Positions 13,289 through 26,514 of a DNA stretch of 64,000 nucleotides are shown piece by piece. Within the stretch, counting starts at the first letter, position 1, and the number at the start of each line of letters is the position of its first letter. The notes under the pieces were generated by a model. The model was not told the DNA's origin. It made no database searches and was given only the letters and a program-made list of their open reading frames with translations. Origin of the DNA: Eledone cirrhosa (taxonomy: Eukaryota); the NCBI GenBank assembly GCA_964016885.1, contig OZ024745.1, positions 1,116,001 to 1,180,000 of the forward strand, in the 5' to 3' direction. The translations under genes were made by a program, and so were the position numbers.

Positions 13289-13650
13289 AGAGGTGTGCAA
13301 CATATTCCATTGGTGGGCCACTTTTGAACATTGGAACAACTATTAGGGCCATTAATATTTATTAAGCACTATTTCAAAGATTCACAACTTCTTTCCATAA
13401 CATGGAACTGGGAAATTATAACACACAACCCTTTGAAGCCCTTTAGTAGAGGTCAACTAACAGAAAATTGTATTACAGTTTCGAAAAAAATTCTAAATAA
13501 GCCTACAAGGTAAAAATTAAAAACAGTCATCGGAGGCCACTCTGAGTGGTCTGGCAGGCCGGATTGTGGTCTGGCAGGCCGGATTGTGGTCTGGCAGGCC
13601 GGATTGTGGTCTGGCAGGCCGGATTGTCACCCGTGGACCGCCTGTTTTTA
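13289..13650. mobile_element. Probable decayed hAT-like MITE with an internal 20-bp tandem repeat
   Basis: CAGAGGTGTGCAAC start, GGCC-rich subterminal motifs, and (GTGGTCTGGCAGGCCGGATT)x4 at ~13546-13627. The right terminus is degenerate. Confidence 0.45.
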
Positions 13651-13780
13651 CTGCATGTTCGATTTTTAAAAATTACCTCTAATTTTTCTACTTAATTATA
13701 TTAGGGAATAACTATGGAGTGCATATATATATGTAAAAATGGGTCATATATATATGTATGTAAAGATGGAGTTATATATA

Positions 13781-13813
<33 letters not shown>

Positions 13814-13834
13814 GTAAAAATGGAGTCATATATA

Positions 13835-15045
13835 TCATCATCATCATCATCAACGTTTAACGTCCGTGTTCCACGCTTGCATGGGTTTGGACGGGGGTAG
13901 TCCCACTTGAGGCAAGAGTGATTGTCTTGCTCGCATAGGACTGTCTGGCAGGTTTTCTACAGTTGGATGCCCTTCCTAACACCAACCACATTTACAGTGT
14001 GGGTCTGGGAGGTTTTTACCGTGTTGCCTACACGGCCACATTACAGCGTGGACTGTGTGTTTTTTTGTCGTGACACCTACACGATCTCATTTGTTTCGGC
14101 CTGGATGGTGCGGCACCAACATAACTTTACATAGGACGGGGTGGTGTGGATGGGTGGGGGTGGTGGCGGGACGGGGTGTATTTTGTTAGAGATGCCTACT
14201 GGCAAGGCGGGTCTTCTCTGTTACTGAGTACCGCCAAAGGTCTCGGTCCAGTGACATTGTCTTGGAGAGGTGTAAGTGCGTGATGTCGGAGTTTATCAGC
14301 TCATCCCATGTTTTTCTGTGTCTGCCTATTCCGTGGCTACCGTCTATCTTTATTGCCCTGCACTTTGTTATACAGCTATCGACTTTCATGCGCATCACGT
14401 GTCCATACCAACGTAGCCTTCTCTCGAGTAAACAACATCTGATCCCTCTTATCTCTAATTTTTTCCTTAGTTCGTTTATGCTTTGCCGTTCACGTATATT
14501 ACTGTTACACATCCAGCGGAGCATGCAAGCTTCGTTCCTCTCTAGTCTGCGTATATCCTCTGCACACAATGCCCAGGTCTCACTGCCATGCAACATTGCT
14601 GTTCGTATGCAGGCATCGTACAACCTGCCTTTCATTTTTAGGGAGAACCCTTTAGCAGCTAATAGTGGTATAAGCTCTCTGAACTTTTTCCAACCAGTTC
14701 TGACTCTAGCTACAGTACTTTCAGAGCACCCTCCCCCACTGCTGATTTTATCGCCCAGGTAACGGAAGCTGTCCACTATTTCTATAGAACCCTCTGCGCA
14801 ATTGAAAGAGCTAGTATTTTGTGGGCACTTGCTGCTACTTATTGCACCAGAACACCGGCCACATGTAAAATCTATGTTCTTAGTTAGCTTACCTGTGATC
14901 CCACTACATCTTTTATGCACCCATACTTTGCATTTAGGACATAAAATGGAGTTTCTACCTACGCCTTTCCTACACACCGAGCACGACCATTTCCCAGAAG
15001 GGACCGCCGCCTTGTTTTCTTTCCTACAAACTAGAACTTTGGTCT
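13835..15045 (-). mobile_element. RTE-clade LINE, subfamily A, 5'-truncated
   Basis: ORF 14186..14977 (Cys/His finger, FRYLGD, MLHGSETW, LRWYGHVMRM, GRxRKTW), followed by a 3' UTR and (GAT)n tail. Confidence 0.92.
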
Positions 15046-15067
15046 ATATATATATATAAAGATGGAG

Positions 15068-15111
<44 letters not shown>

Positions 15112-15161
15112 ATATATATGTAAAAATGGAGTCATATATATATATATATATAAAGATGGAG

Positions 15162-15205
<44 letters not shown>

Positions 15206-15622
15206 ATATATATGTAAAAATGGAGTCATATATATATATATATGTATGTAAAGATGGAGTTATATATATATATGTGTGTGTGTGCGTATATATATATGTA
15301 AAAATGGAGTCACATATATATGTAAAGATGGAGTTATATATATATATATGTGTGTGTGTGTGTATATATATATGTAAAAATGGAGTCACATATATATGTA
15401 AAGATGGAGTTATATATATATATATGTGTGTGTGTGTATATATATATGTAAAAATGGAGTCACATATATATGTAAAGATGGAGTTATATATATATATATG
15501 TGTGTGTGTGTATATATATATGTAAAAATGGAGTCATATATATATATATATGTATGTAAAAATGGAGTTATATATATATGTATATATATATGTAAAGATG
15601 GAGTTATATATATATATGTAAA
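15046..15622. repeat. Compound TA/TG minisatellite with AAAAATGGAGTCA / AAAGATGGAGTTA anchors
   Basis: The same unit occurs at 13728-13834, so the LINE interrupts this array. Confidence 0.85.
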
Positions 15623-15808
15623 AAGTAAAAGTGGAAACAGAAGTATATTTAAAGCACCTTTTTTTCTTTTTTTCCACTTTTTCTATATAATCTTTGGATT
15701 TGTATGGAACTTTATGCCCCTTTTCAACTATATATATATATATATATAAAGTATTTCCGTCGGAAAGGTACAGGAAAAAAAGAGTGCTCTATGTAGGCTA
15801 CAGAGCTT

Positions 15809-15948
15809 TATTAGTTATGTAATGAACAACATAAGATAATTAATTCATTTACCAGTGGTTTCTTGAAGACAGATATAAATATCTGCCTTCAAGAAACCAC
15901 TGGTAAATGAATTAATTATCTTATGTTGTTCATTACATAACTAAATAA
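15809..15948. repeat. Near-perfect palindrome (~65-bp arms)
   Basis: TAGTTATGTAATGAACAAC...TTCTTGAAG ACAGATAT AA ATATCTGC CTTCAAGAA...GTTGTTCATTACATAACTA. Confidence 0.9.
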
Positions 15949-16173
15949 ATAAATAAATATATATATACAAATAATCAATCAAAACATATCAAATATCTTT
16001 GAGAATTTTGTGCTTCTCAATAAGCAAGGTCAATAGACAATATCTAGAGCCATAATAATTGTTTAACGTGATTTCAGCATGTGCTTCTCAGCATGATGGC
16101 CACGCTGGGCATCGGTGTGGATATTGTCTTATTTACCATCTTCCTTCTATATTTCCCTTAGAATGGTGAGACT

Positions 16174-16325
16174 AAACCTCTGAAGAGTACCTGGGTCTCA
16201 TGTGGTTTAATCATAATCAATAGTTTCTCTTTGATGATCGATTATATTGATTGAATTCTTCAATGATTGATTACATAGATTGATTTTGAACTACTCTCCA
16301 GGTATGAAATAGTGCTATAAGGTTT
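16174..16325 (+). ncRNA. Type I hammerhead ribozyme with long stem II
   Basis: AAACCU CUGAAGA GUACCUGG..(~100 nt)..CCAGGUAU GAAA UAGUGCUA UA AGGUUU: all three stems and the core are present. Confidence 0.8.
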
Positions 16326-16721
16326 CACTTATGATTTCACCTGTGTACATATTCTTCTATAGAATATATATTTGGTCTATATACAATATAACACGTTTCT
16401 TATACGATATATGGCTTTTTCTCTCACTCTCTCTCTCTATATATATATATCTTTTGCATTTGGTTATATATATATATCATCATCATCTTCGTTTAACATC
16501 CATTTTTCGCGCTAGCATGGGTTAGACAGGAGTTTTCCCACTTGAGGCAAGGTTGATCGGGTGACCGTGTCTCGCTCATATAGGACTATCTGGCAGGTTT
16601 TCTACAGCTGGATGCCCTTCCTAACACCAACCACATTTACAGTGTGGAACTGGGAACTTTTTACCGTGTTACCTATATATATATATATCTTTTGCATTTG
16701 GTTATATATATATATATATAT

Positions 16722-17065
16722 GGAGGCACATGGCTTAGTGGTTAGAACATTGGCCTTGCAATCGAAAGGTTGCGAGTTCAATTCTCAGACCGGGTGATGT
16801 GTTGTTTCCTTGAGCAAGATACTTTATTTCACATTGCTCCAGTTTACTCAGCTGTAGAAATGAGATGATAGGGACTGGGGTCCATATCATTCCACTGCAA
16901 AGTGGTCGTGGAGGTGCCACAGCAAAAAAGCACCCAGCAATCACTGTAAATGAGGTTGATGTTAGGAAGGGCATCCAGCTCTAGAAATCAAGCCAGAATC
17001 AGTTCCCGTCCCACCCTTGCAAGCAGGGAAAAGCGGACGTAAAATAATGATGATGATTATGATGA
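16722..17065 (+). mobile_element. tRNA-derived SINE family 1 (CORE-like middle, RTE-derived tail)
   Basis: A box TGGCTTAGTGG, B box GAGTTCAATTC, CCTTGAGCAAGATACTTT domain, and a tail shared with RTE LINE 3' ends, ending in (GAT)n. Confidence 0.88.
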
Positions 17066-17439
17066 TATATATATATATCTTTTCCATTTGGTTATATATA
17101 TATATTCCTCACAGCTAAATGTTGGCTAATAATATATTTGGTGACATTTAAACAAAATTTAAATAATCTTGTATTTTATTGATTTTAGTAGTACATAGCT
17201 GTTGTACAGAAAAAGACAATTCCATCACAGATTTATGTAAGAATCTTTTGATAAGTTCTCTTCCAAACACCAAAAAAAATGCCTGTTGTTTCACAAAGCT
17301 TAGTCTAAATTCACGATTATTGAATTGAAATATACACGATGATCCTATTTAAAATATAGTAAGAAAGGAGTTAACATGGAAGCTAGATATAGTTTAATAA
17401 ACTGAATTATTGAGAGTTAAATTTTGCTTACAAAATCAG

Positions 17440-17740
17440 AAAACAGTACAGGACTTTGTAAACATTTTTTCACAGTCAGAGTTTCTGAAGCATGGAACAA
17501 ACTAGCTGAACAGTTGTTAACTGTCAGAACACTGCATCCTTCAAATCTTCCATGCTTCATGAAATTCACCAACACTACACCTGATATTCTCCCTCCATAC
17601 ACACGCGTATCTGTGTATATCTTGATTCATACACTGTTCCCTTTCCTGACATTTCTACATTATTCTATGTACTATACATGCACATTTGATGAGTTGTAGT
17701 GCACCTGGCACTGTACACAATAATTTTCATTCTATTATAT
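17440..17740 (+). mobile_element. CR1-type LINE 3' end fragment
   Basis: KHFFTVRVSEAWNKL corresponds to the CR1 C-terminal FFxxRVxxxWNxL motif; short UTR with an ATT-type tail. Confidence 0.7.
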
Positions 17741-17852
17741 GCTTCAGCCAGGAACTTACTACAAACTGGTAATACAAAAACTTATAGAAACACTTACAGA
17801 CCAGCTGCAACTCTCAATAGAACAAAACTATTACTAAATTGACAATATTTCT

Positions 17853-18115
17853 ATATTGCCAAAAAAATAGTAAAACACATTCACTGTCTGGTTGGGTTTT
17901 TGCTTCTGTTTCAGAAGATTTTTTTTAGTATATATATATATATATACATATATACTGAAACTGAAGCAAAAACCAAACCAAACAGTATGTTTTACAATTT
18001 TTTGGCAATATTAGGACATGACCCTCTCCAAATATAACAATATCTGTTTCAACACACAATTTCATATAAAAAACCTTACAATACAAATACATCGCGCCAC
18101 CAACACTTCTTTCTA
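17853..18115 (+). mobile_element. Older Penelope-related remnant with imperfect fold-back
   Basis: Inverted repeat at ~17853-18010; 18018-18090 encodes MTLSKYNNICFNTQFHIKNL, homologous to the PLE tail (MTLPKYNNIGFNTRFQIKNL). Confidence 0.6.
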
Positions 18116-18250
18116 GAGGAATTATTTCTTTAAGGAGATACTTTTCTCTTTGGTATGTTAATCCATCACCTAAATTTTAGTATGAATAAAAAAAATATTG
18201 GGGAATAAGACTTTTAAAATTTCAATTGAAAAAATAAATCATTTCTTTAC

Positions 18251-18364
18251 CTCTTCATCGTTCTTCTTCCAATCTTCCCATTGTTTATCATTAACATTCA
18301 CAGGAGTGGTCTTTTGATTCTTCTTAGCCTTAGTATTGGATTTACCAAATGCTAGATTTTTTAG
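18251..18364 (-). CDS. GKAP1: GKAP1-like coding exon 2
   Basis: Polypyrimidine-CAG acceptor, then LKNLAFGKSNTKAKKNQKTTPVNVNDKQWEDWKKNDEE, then GTAAAG donor; 114 nt. E|LKNLAF and WEDWKxxDE are GKAP1-like motifs. Confidence 0.88.
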
Positions 18365-18406
18365 CTGAAAAAGGAAAAAAAATTATATCATCATTGTTGT
18401 TTTTAC

Positions 18407-21400
18407 ATCCTCTGTTCCATGCTAGTATATGTTAAATGAAACTTTATTGTGGTAATATTACCAACAGATCCTCTGTTCCATGCTGGTATATGTTAAATGA
18501 AACTTTATTGTGGTAATATTACCAACAGATCCTCTGTTCCATGCTGGTATATGTTAAATGAAACTTTATTGTGGTAATATTACCAACAGATCCTCTGTTC
18601 CATGCTGGTATATGTTAAATGAAACTTTATTGTGGTAATATTACCAACAGATCCTCTGTTCCATGCTGGTATATCATGATCACCGTTTTACGTCCGTTCT
18701 TCCACGCTAGCATGGGTTAGACGGGTTGTCCTGTTGTGTGCAGTGTCTGGTCGGCTGACCATGCCTTGCTCATACAGGAACTGATCTGGCTTGATTTCTA
18801 CAGCTGGATGCCCTTCCTAACACCAACCTCATTTACAGTGAGTGCTGGGTGCTTTTTCGTGGCGCCTACACGTCCACTTTACAGTGTGGGCTGGGTGCTT
18901 TTTTGCCGTGGCACCTCCACGACCACCTTGCGGTGGGGGGTGTGTGGGCATATTGTTTATATGCTTCAGCATGTACCCATGGGAGGTCGGGTACTCTGTA
19001 TTACTGCGTGACGCCAGAAGTCACGGTCGTGTGTCATTGTCTTTGAGAGGTGTAATTGGGTAAGGTCGGCTTTTATCACCTCATCCCAGGTCATCTTAGG
19101 TCTCCCCACTCCGCGGTTTCCATCAACTTCTAGTGCTCTGCACCTTTTTATGTAGCTGTCATCCTTCATACGCATCACATGTCCATACCAGCGCAACCGC
19201 CTCTCCTGCACACAGCATTTGATTCCTCTTATGCTCAGTCTCTCTCTCAATTCATTTATGCTTTGTCGTTCACGTATATTACTGTTACACATCCATCGGA
19301 GCATGCAGGCTTCGTTTCTCTCTAATCTACGTAAGTCTTCCACCTTCAGCGCCCAGGTCTCACTACCATGCAACATCGCTGTTCAGATACACGCATCATA
19401 CAGTCTGCCTTTCATTCTGAGGGAGAAGCCTTTTGCAGCTAGCAGTGGTAGTAGTTCCCTAAACTTCTTCCATCCCGTTCTTACCCTAGTTATTGTACTT
19501 TCTGAACACCCACCTCCGTTGCTAATTCGGTCACCTAGGTAGCAGAAGCTGTCTACTGTTTCTACAGGGCCCTCCCAGAGATTGGTGGTACTTGTTTCCT
19601 GTGGCTGTTTGCTGCTTGCTGTTTCAGCACAGCTGCTGCATGTGAATCCTACATTCTTAATTAAGCTTCCTGAGATCCCGCTACATCTCTTGTGTACCCA
19701 TTGTTTGCATTTGGGGCAGAGAATGGAGTTCCTACCTACACCTTTCCTACATACTGAGCAAGGCCATTTCCCTGAGGGGATCTGGGTTCTGTTTTCTCGT
19801 CTACTTACAAGGACCTTAGTCTTTGTCATGTTGACTTTGAGACCCTTTCTTTCTAGTCCCTGCTTCCAGGTTTGGAATTTATTCTCTAGTTCTACCATAG
19901 ATTCAGCTATGAGTGCGAGGTCATCAGCATACAGGAGTTCCCATGGGCATCCGGTCTTAAACTCCTCCGTTATTGCCTGCAGGACTATGATGAACAGGAG
20001 AGGGCTAAGAACAGAGCCCTGGTGGACCCCAACCTGTACGCTAAATTCCTCGCTATACTCATTGCTAATCCTAACTTTGCTGACTGCTCCCCTATACATG
20101 GCTTGTACCGCTTTCACAAGCCATTCATCTACTCCTAGTTTTATATGTTAAATGAAACTTTATTGTGGTAATATTACCAACAGATCCTTTGTTCCATGCT
20201 GGTATATGTTAAACGAGACTTTATTGTGGTAATATTACCAACAGATCCTCTGTTCCATGCTGGTATATGTTAAACGAGACTTTATTGTGGTAATATATTA
20301 CCAACAGATCCTCTGTTCCATGCTAGTATATGTTAAATGAAACTTTGTGGTAATATTACCAACAGATCCTCTGTTCCATGCTGGTATATGTTAAATGAAA
20401 CTTTATTGTGGTAATATATTACCAACAGATCCTCTGTTCCATGCTAGTATATGTTAAATGAAACTTTATTGTGGTAATATTACCAACAGATCCTCTGTTC
20501 CATGCTAGTATATGTTAAACGAGACTTTATTGTGGTAATATATTACCAACAGATCCTCTGTTCCATGCTAGTATATGTTAAATGAAACTTTATTGTGGTA
20601 ATATTACCAACAGATCCTCTGTTCCATGCTGGTATATGTTAAATGAAACTTTATTGTGGTAATATTACCAACAGATCCTCTGTTCCATGCTGGTATATGT
20701 TAAATGAAACTTTATTGTGGTAATATTACCAACAGATCCTCTGTTCCATGCTAGTATATGTTAAATGAAACTTTATTGTGGTAATATTACCAACAGATCC
20801 TCTGTTCCATGCTGGTATATGTTAAATGAAACTTTATTGTGGTAATATTACCAACAGATCCTCTGTTCCATGCTGGTATATGTTAAATGAAACTTTATTG
20901 TGGTAATATTACCAACAGATCCTCTGTTCCATGCTAGTATATGTTAAATGAAACTTTATTGTGGTAATATTACCAACAGATCCTCTGTTCCATGCTGGTA
21001 TATGTTAAATGAAACTTTATTGTGGTAATATTACCAACAGATCCTCTGTTCCATGCTAGTATATGTTAAATGAAACTTTATTGTGGTAATATTACCAACA
21101 GATCCTCTGTTCCATGCTAGTATATGTTAAACGAGACTTTATTGTGGTAATATTACCAACAGATCCTCTGTTCCATGCTGGTATATGTTAAACGAGACTT
21201 TATTGTGGTAATATTACCAACAGATCCTCTGTTCCATGCTGGTATATGTTAAATGAAACTTTATTGTGGTAATATTACCAACAGATCCTCTGTTCCATGC
21301 TAGTATATGTTAAATGAAACTTTATTGTGGTAATATTACCAACAGATCCTCTGTTCCATGCTAGTATATGTTAAACGAGACTTTATTGTGGTAATATTAC

Positions 21401-22670
21401 CAACAGATCCTCTGTTCCATGCTGGTATATGTTAAACGAGACTTTATTGTGGTAATATTACCAACAGATCCTCTGTTCCATGCTAGTATATGTTAAATGA
21501 AACTTTATTGTGGTAATATATTACCAACAGATCCTCTGTTCCATGCTGGTATATGTTAAACGAGACTTTATTGTGGTAATATTACCAACAGATCCTCTGT
21601 TCCATGCTAGTATATGTTAAACGAGACTTTATTGTGGTAATATTACCAACAGATCCTCTGTTCCATGCTGGTATATGTTAAACGAGACTTTATTGTGGTA
21701 ATATTACCAACAGATCCTCTGTTCCATGCTGGTATATGTTAAATGAAACTTTATTGTGGTAATATTACCAACAGATCCTCTGTTCCATGCTAGTATATGT
21801 TAAATGAAACTTTATTGTGGTAATATTACCAACAGATCCTCTGTTCCATGCTAGTATATGTTAAACGAGACTTTATTGTGGTAATATTACCAACAGATCC
21901 TCTGTTCCATGCTGGTATATGTTAAACGAGACTTTATTGTGGTAATATTACCAACAGATCCTCTGTTCCATGCTAGTATATGTTAAATGAAACTTTATTG
22001 TGGTAATATATTACCAACAGATCCTCTGTTCCATGCTGGTATATGTTAAACGAGACTTTATTGTGGTAATATTACCAACAGATCCTCTGTTCCATGCTAG
22101 TATATGTTAAATGAAACTTTATTGTGGTAATATATTACCAACAGATCCTCTGTTCCATGCTGGTATATGTTAAACGAGACTTTATTGTGGTAATATTACC
22201 AACAGATCCTCTGTTCCATGCTAGTATATGTTAAATGAAACTTTATTGTGGTAATATATTACCAACAGATCCTCTGTTCCATGCTGGTATATGTTAAACG
22301 AGACTTTATTGTGGTAATATTACCAACAGATCCTCTGTTCCATGCTAGTATATGTTAAATGAAACTTTATTGTGGTAATATATTACCAACAGATCCTCTG
22401 TTCCATGCTGGTATATGTTAAACGAGACTTTATTGTGCTAATATTACCAACAGATCCTCTGTTCCATGCTGGTATATGTTAAACGAGACTTTATTGTGGT
22501 AATATTACCAACAGATCCTCTGTTCCATGCTAGTATATGTTAAATGAAACTTTATTGTGGTAATATATTACCAACAGATCCTCTGTTCCATGCTGGTATA
22601 TGTTAAACGAGACTTTATTGTGGTAATATTACCAACAGATCCTCTGTTCCATGATGGTCTATGTTAAATG
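18407..22670. repeat. 61-bp satellite (58- and 63-bp variants), ~45 units, interrupted by a LINE
   Basis: Unit ATCCTCTGTTCCATGCT(A/G)GTATATGTTAAA(TGAA/CGAG)ACTTTATTGTGGTAATATTACCAACAG. Confidence 0.95.
18673..20141 (-). mobile_element. RTE-clade LINE, subfamily B, 5'-truncated, inserted into the 61-bp satellite
   Basis: GVHQGSVLSPLLF and LLYADD RT motifs, Cys/His finger, one in-frame stop (ORFs 19383..20117 and 18966..19376), and a 3' UTR. Confidence 0.92.
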
Positions 22671-23937
22671 AGTTTTATTTTAACTCTTAACGTCCTGTAC
22701 CACAAATGTCATGAAATAACAAAAGCCAGATAAAAACATAACTTTAAGAATGAAAGGAGGAGAAAAAAAAGTATTTGAAATTTTTTCCAAACATTCAATC
22801 ACTTCTTCAATTCAAAGGGTGTCTCTATATAGTTGATCAACCTGCTAAAAATAGCAGCCAAATTTCCTTTGGTTCACGCCGTCTTTCAAAATGCATTGGC
22901 TAGTGTAACTCTGGGCTTCCTGCACAAAGCAGAGTGATGGATCATGGATAGAACGCCTTTGTTCTACTTCGCCCACTTACTCATGGATGAGCTGTGGGGG
23001 TAAAGTCCTCAAGAGCTCCTTCCTGTGGATCTGTTAGAAGCAACAGTCACCAATTGATCCCTCTGGATCCCTCCTTAAGCAAGACCAGCCATGGATGTTA
23101 TCCTTCATGTGGGATAACAAAGATAGCAAACCATGACACTTGGTTCACGATAGATCATAGTTGATATGGGGCTAAGTAACATCCTTGATTAATCCAACTA
23201 ATTCCAAAAAGGGACAAACTTCTTTTTTCTTGGCAGAGTTGTTCTGCTAGAGAACCACCAGATATGATGGTTAGTTGCAATATAAGCAGGATCCTGCCAG
23301 AAGAATAAGCAACCCCGGACCAACAGTGGTAAACTACAAGGGGAGATGGAGTAATGGGTGACACTGTTAGCACCCAAGAAAACTCTCACAACCCAGTGAT
23401 ATAGCTACAATAAGGCAAGTAAAGGCCGCCTCTAAAAAAGCTTAGTCTTTGCAAGTCTGGGAAAAGTACCAAATTAGTGACTGGCAGGAACAAGACCACC
23501 AAAACACTACTTTATGACCAGAAACAATATCTGCCAACTGACCATGATTTCAATACCTCAAAAGTGATGCAACAGATATAAACAGTTAAGCCAGAAGTCT
23601 CTTGGATAGTTTCGAGAGAGCCAGATCTATTAGAGATCTCAAAAGCCAGTAGTCACAGTTCACCTTAGCAAAAACAATGCCGTTGTTCACAACAGCAGTA
23701 AAATCTTCAAGTTTATCATAAGAACCCTCTAGCTATGTCACTCACTGAGGCACCATCAATCACTATGACAACCCTTTATCTATGTCACTCACTGAGGCAC
23801 CATGACAACCCACTAGCTATGTCACTCACTGAGGCACCATCCATCACCATGACTATCTCCAATTATATCCCAACCCCAAATCTAAACTTTGCTCAATTCT
23901 CCACACCAGAGCTGCAAGCCACTCAGTTTTCCAATAA

Positions 23938-24260
23938 GCATCATCATCATCACCGTTTTTCCTTATATAGGTTGGACGGGTCATTTTCAGCACATTTCTC
24001 CACATGCTGCATTCCTTCATCATCTCTGTGAGTCCCAGCGCCATAAGATCAACTCTCCCCACCTCTGCTCAAGTATTCTTAGGTCTACCTCAACTGTTGC
24101 TTCCCTGCCACTTCTTCACCCAGTCAGCATCATCCATGTACATCACATGTTCGTACTAACACAGTCTTCTCTCTTTCAGATTCCTCTTAAACACAGTAAC
24201 TCCCTCAGTTAATCCAAGCTCTCACTTTCTCTCACATTAACATTATGCATGTGTGAGAAA
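23938..24260 (-). mobile_element. Degraded RTE-like LINE 3' fragment
   Basis: Decayed LxWYxHVMxM...GRPKNT...DLMALGLTEMM...WRNVLKMTRP, followed by a (GAT)n tail. Confidence 0.65.
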
Positions 24261-26514
24261 GGCAGAGCTTGGAAATTGTAAGTGAACACCAATGTAGGAG
24301 GACCTATAATCATAGCTACTACCACAGCTACAGAAACAAAACAGGACCATAAATGTAATAAAGCAGAACTGACCAAAGCTGCTTAACATCTACAACTAGG
24401 TTGATCTTGCCATTAAAATGTTGAGGTATTCGAGAACATGATTCCTGACAGCAATCCAATTAATTTGAATGTGTATATAAGGACCCGTAACTCTTGATAT
24501 AGTCATAAGGGCGCCGTAGTGATGAAATTTTAAAACTGGCAGTGCCTACTCTCTCTCTCCAGGTCTGAACACATCCAATTTCTTCAGAGAGAGAGAAAGA
24601 ATCGACTGATACTTTTTTTTTATCGACCTCGAAAGGAAGAAAGACAAAGTTGATTCCGGTGGGTTTTAAACTCGGAGCCGAGAACCGGTACAAATACCGC
24701 AAACCATTCTATATGATGTTTTAACGACTTTGCCTATTTGTTGCTTCCTTCGGAAACAGAAGTAGAAAAAATGTATATATATACACACACACACATTTCA
24801 CACACACATATGTGTGTGTGTATGTAAACAAGTAATGTTAGTTTGCTGCGAGAACTAATATCTAATATGGAGCAGAGATTTTCCTCGAACTCTCCAAAAA
24901 AGGGTCCTGTCCGAAATGTTAAATATGTCTATACTTTTCCCAACGTAAATGCCTCAATAGGAACAAACAAAGTCATAGTGTTAAAGCAACAGGCTAAAAA
25001 CTATTAGAAAGGTGCTGAAATATAAACCCAGCACTCATCACTGTTATAAAAGGACACTGACAGACACACCATCTAAATCTGTATCATATCATCAGCAAAA
25101 TCGAAAAAAAAACAGCGGCTTTTGAACGAAGCACCTTGCTTTTCTGAAACAAGAAATGCAGTTAATAAAACCGGAAAGCAACATTATTGTTCATCAAATA
25201 GAATATAAAAATAATTATATTTTAAATGCATATAAACATAGAGAGAATAAAATAATGTCCGGAGGGGTGAGAAAACAAGGTAACATGTGAAAAGAATGTG
25301 AATGTCTTTAGAATGGTTGATGGAAATAATAGAAATGTGACAAAAAGGCAGGGAGGGGAAATACTAAATATCTCAACTATTCAAATCACATTTTTTATGA
25401 ATAGCAAAAAAAAACAGCTGGTTAAATTAAAAAGTTTCCCGAAAAAATGACTGGAAACTAAATATATACAACGATAGATTATACATTTTCCTGAGACAGA
25501 AGAGGAAATAAATGAGCTGTTAAAACTTATTTATTCTTTTGTTTTAATGTAAGGAAGTAATTATTAAGCCAGCCAAGAGTAAAGTATTTGGGGGGGAAAA
25601 GAGAACAGAAAAAGTGACGAAGGAATCAGTTAACCCTAGTAATATAAAGTGTGTATTGTATGTATATATATATATATAACCCCTCTTGCCTTTCTCTCCT
25701 ATATAGTCTGTAATTGATAAATTCACAGGACAGCCCTTCTTTCTTTTTTATACAAATTTTCGTTTTAAAAGCAAAAAAACATTCTTGAAAATAATTATTT
25801 TTCCGTTTATTTGTTTTCAGTTATATGTATTGTGAATTTCAGATAATATATATATTCGTAGCATTTGTTTCTTTACTAATAGGGTGGGTAACTAAGAACA
25901 TAAAGAGATGGACGGACCCATCTCTTAGAATGGGGGAATGTGGTGACAATATAGAAACGTGGTCAGTGCTGACCACAAACTAAATGTATTAATGAATCAG
26001 TTATTTTAACAGAAAAATTGACCACATCTTCATGAAACTATAGAATACCAGTCAAAAGTAGTAAAAAATGCCGATCATAAAAGAAAACATGAATTTTTAT
26101 GAACAAAATACTATGTAAAGCCAATCGAAGACATCTTAAAGAATTTATACTATATATCATTGATGTTAGGCTGTTTACCGATGGGTGTATATATATAATG
26201 TAGAAACGTGCTTAAAAGACATTACCGCTTTAATTTTAAAAAAAGATTAATAACCGTTCTTTGAGATATTTAATTAAATAAGGTTTTACGAGAAGATATT
26301 TAATGTTAGGTTTCATTTTCTTTTTACTTAACGGTTATCCTGTTTAGAAATATCATTTTAAAAAACTACGGCATACTATAGAACTAAATTGAAAGTCTAC
26401 ATGCCTCTAAAGACAAATCACATTGTTTGTGTGGGGGGTGCCAGAAATTATATTTGACACCAAACCAGACGGTGTAGTATATATATTTCAAAACCAGATG
26501 TAGTTCCTTGTTAC

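Noticed and set aside
14262-14762. Antisense ORFs over RTE copies (also 19582..20151, 43607..44149, 58275..58718)
   Set aside because: Shadow frames of the LINE ORF with no independent motif support.
16722-16795. tRNA gene
   Set aside because: The tRNA-like segment is the head of a multi-copy SINE and lacks a proper acceptor stem and terminator.
18407-22670. 61-bp, 28-bp and 32-bp arrays as CRISPR-like repeats
   Set aside because: Units are contiguous with no unique spacers and no cas genes; they are ordinary eukaryotic satellites.
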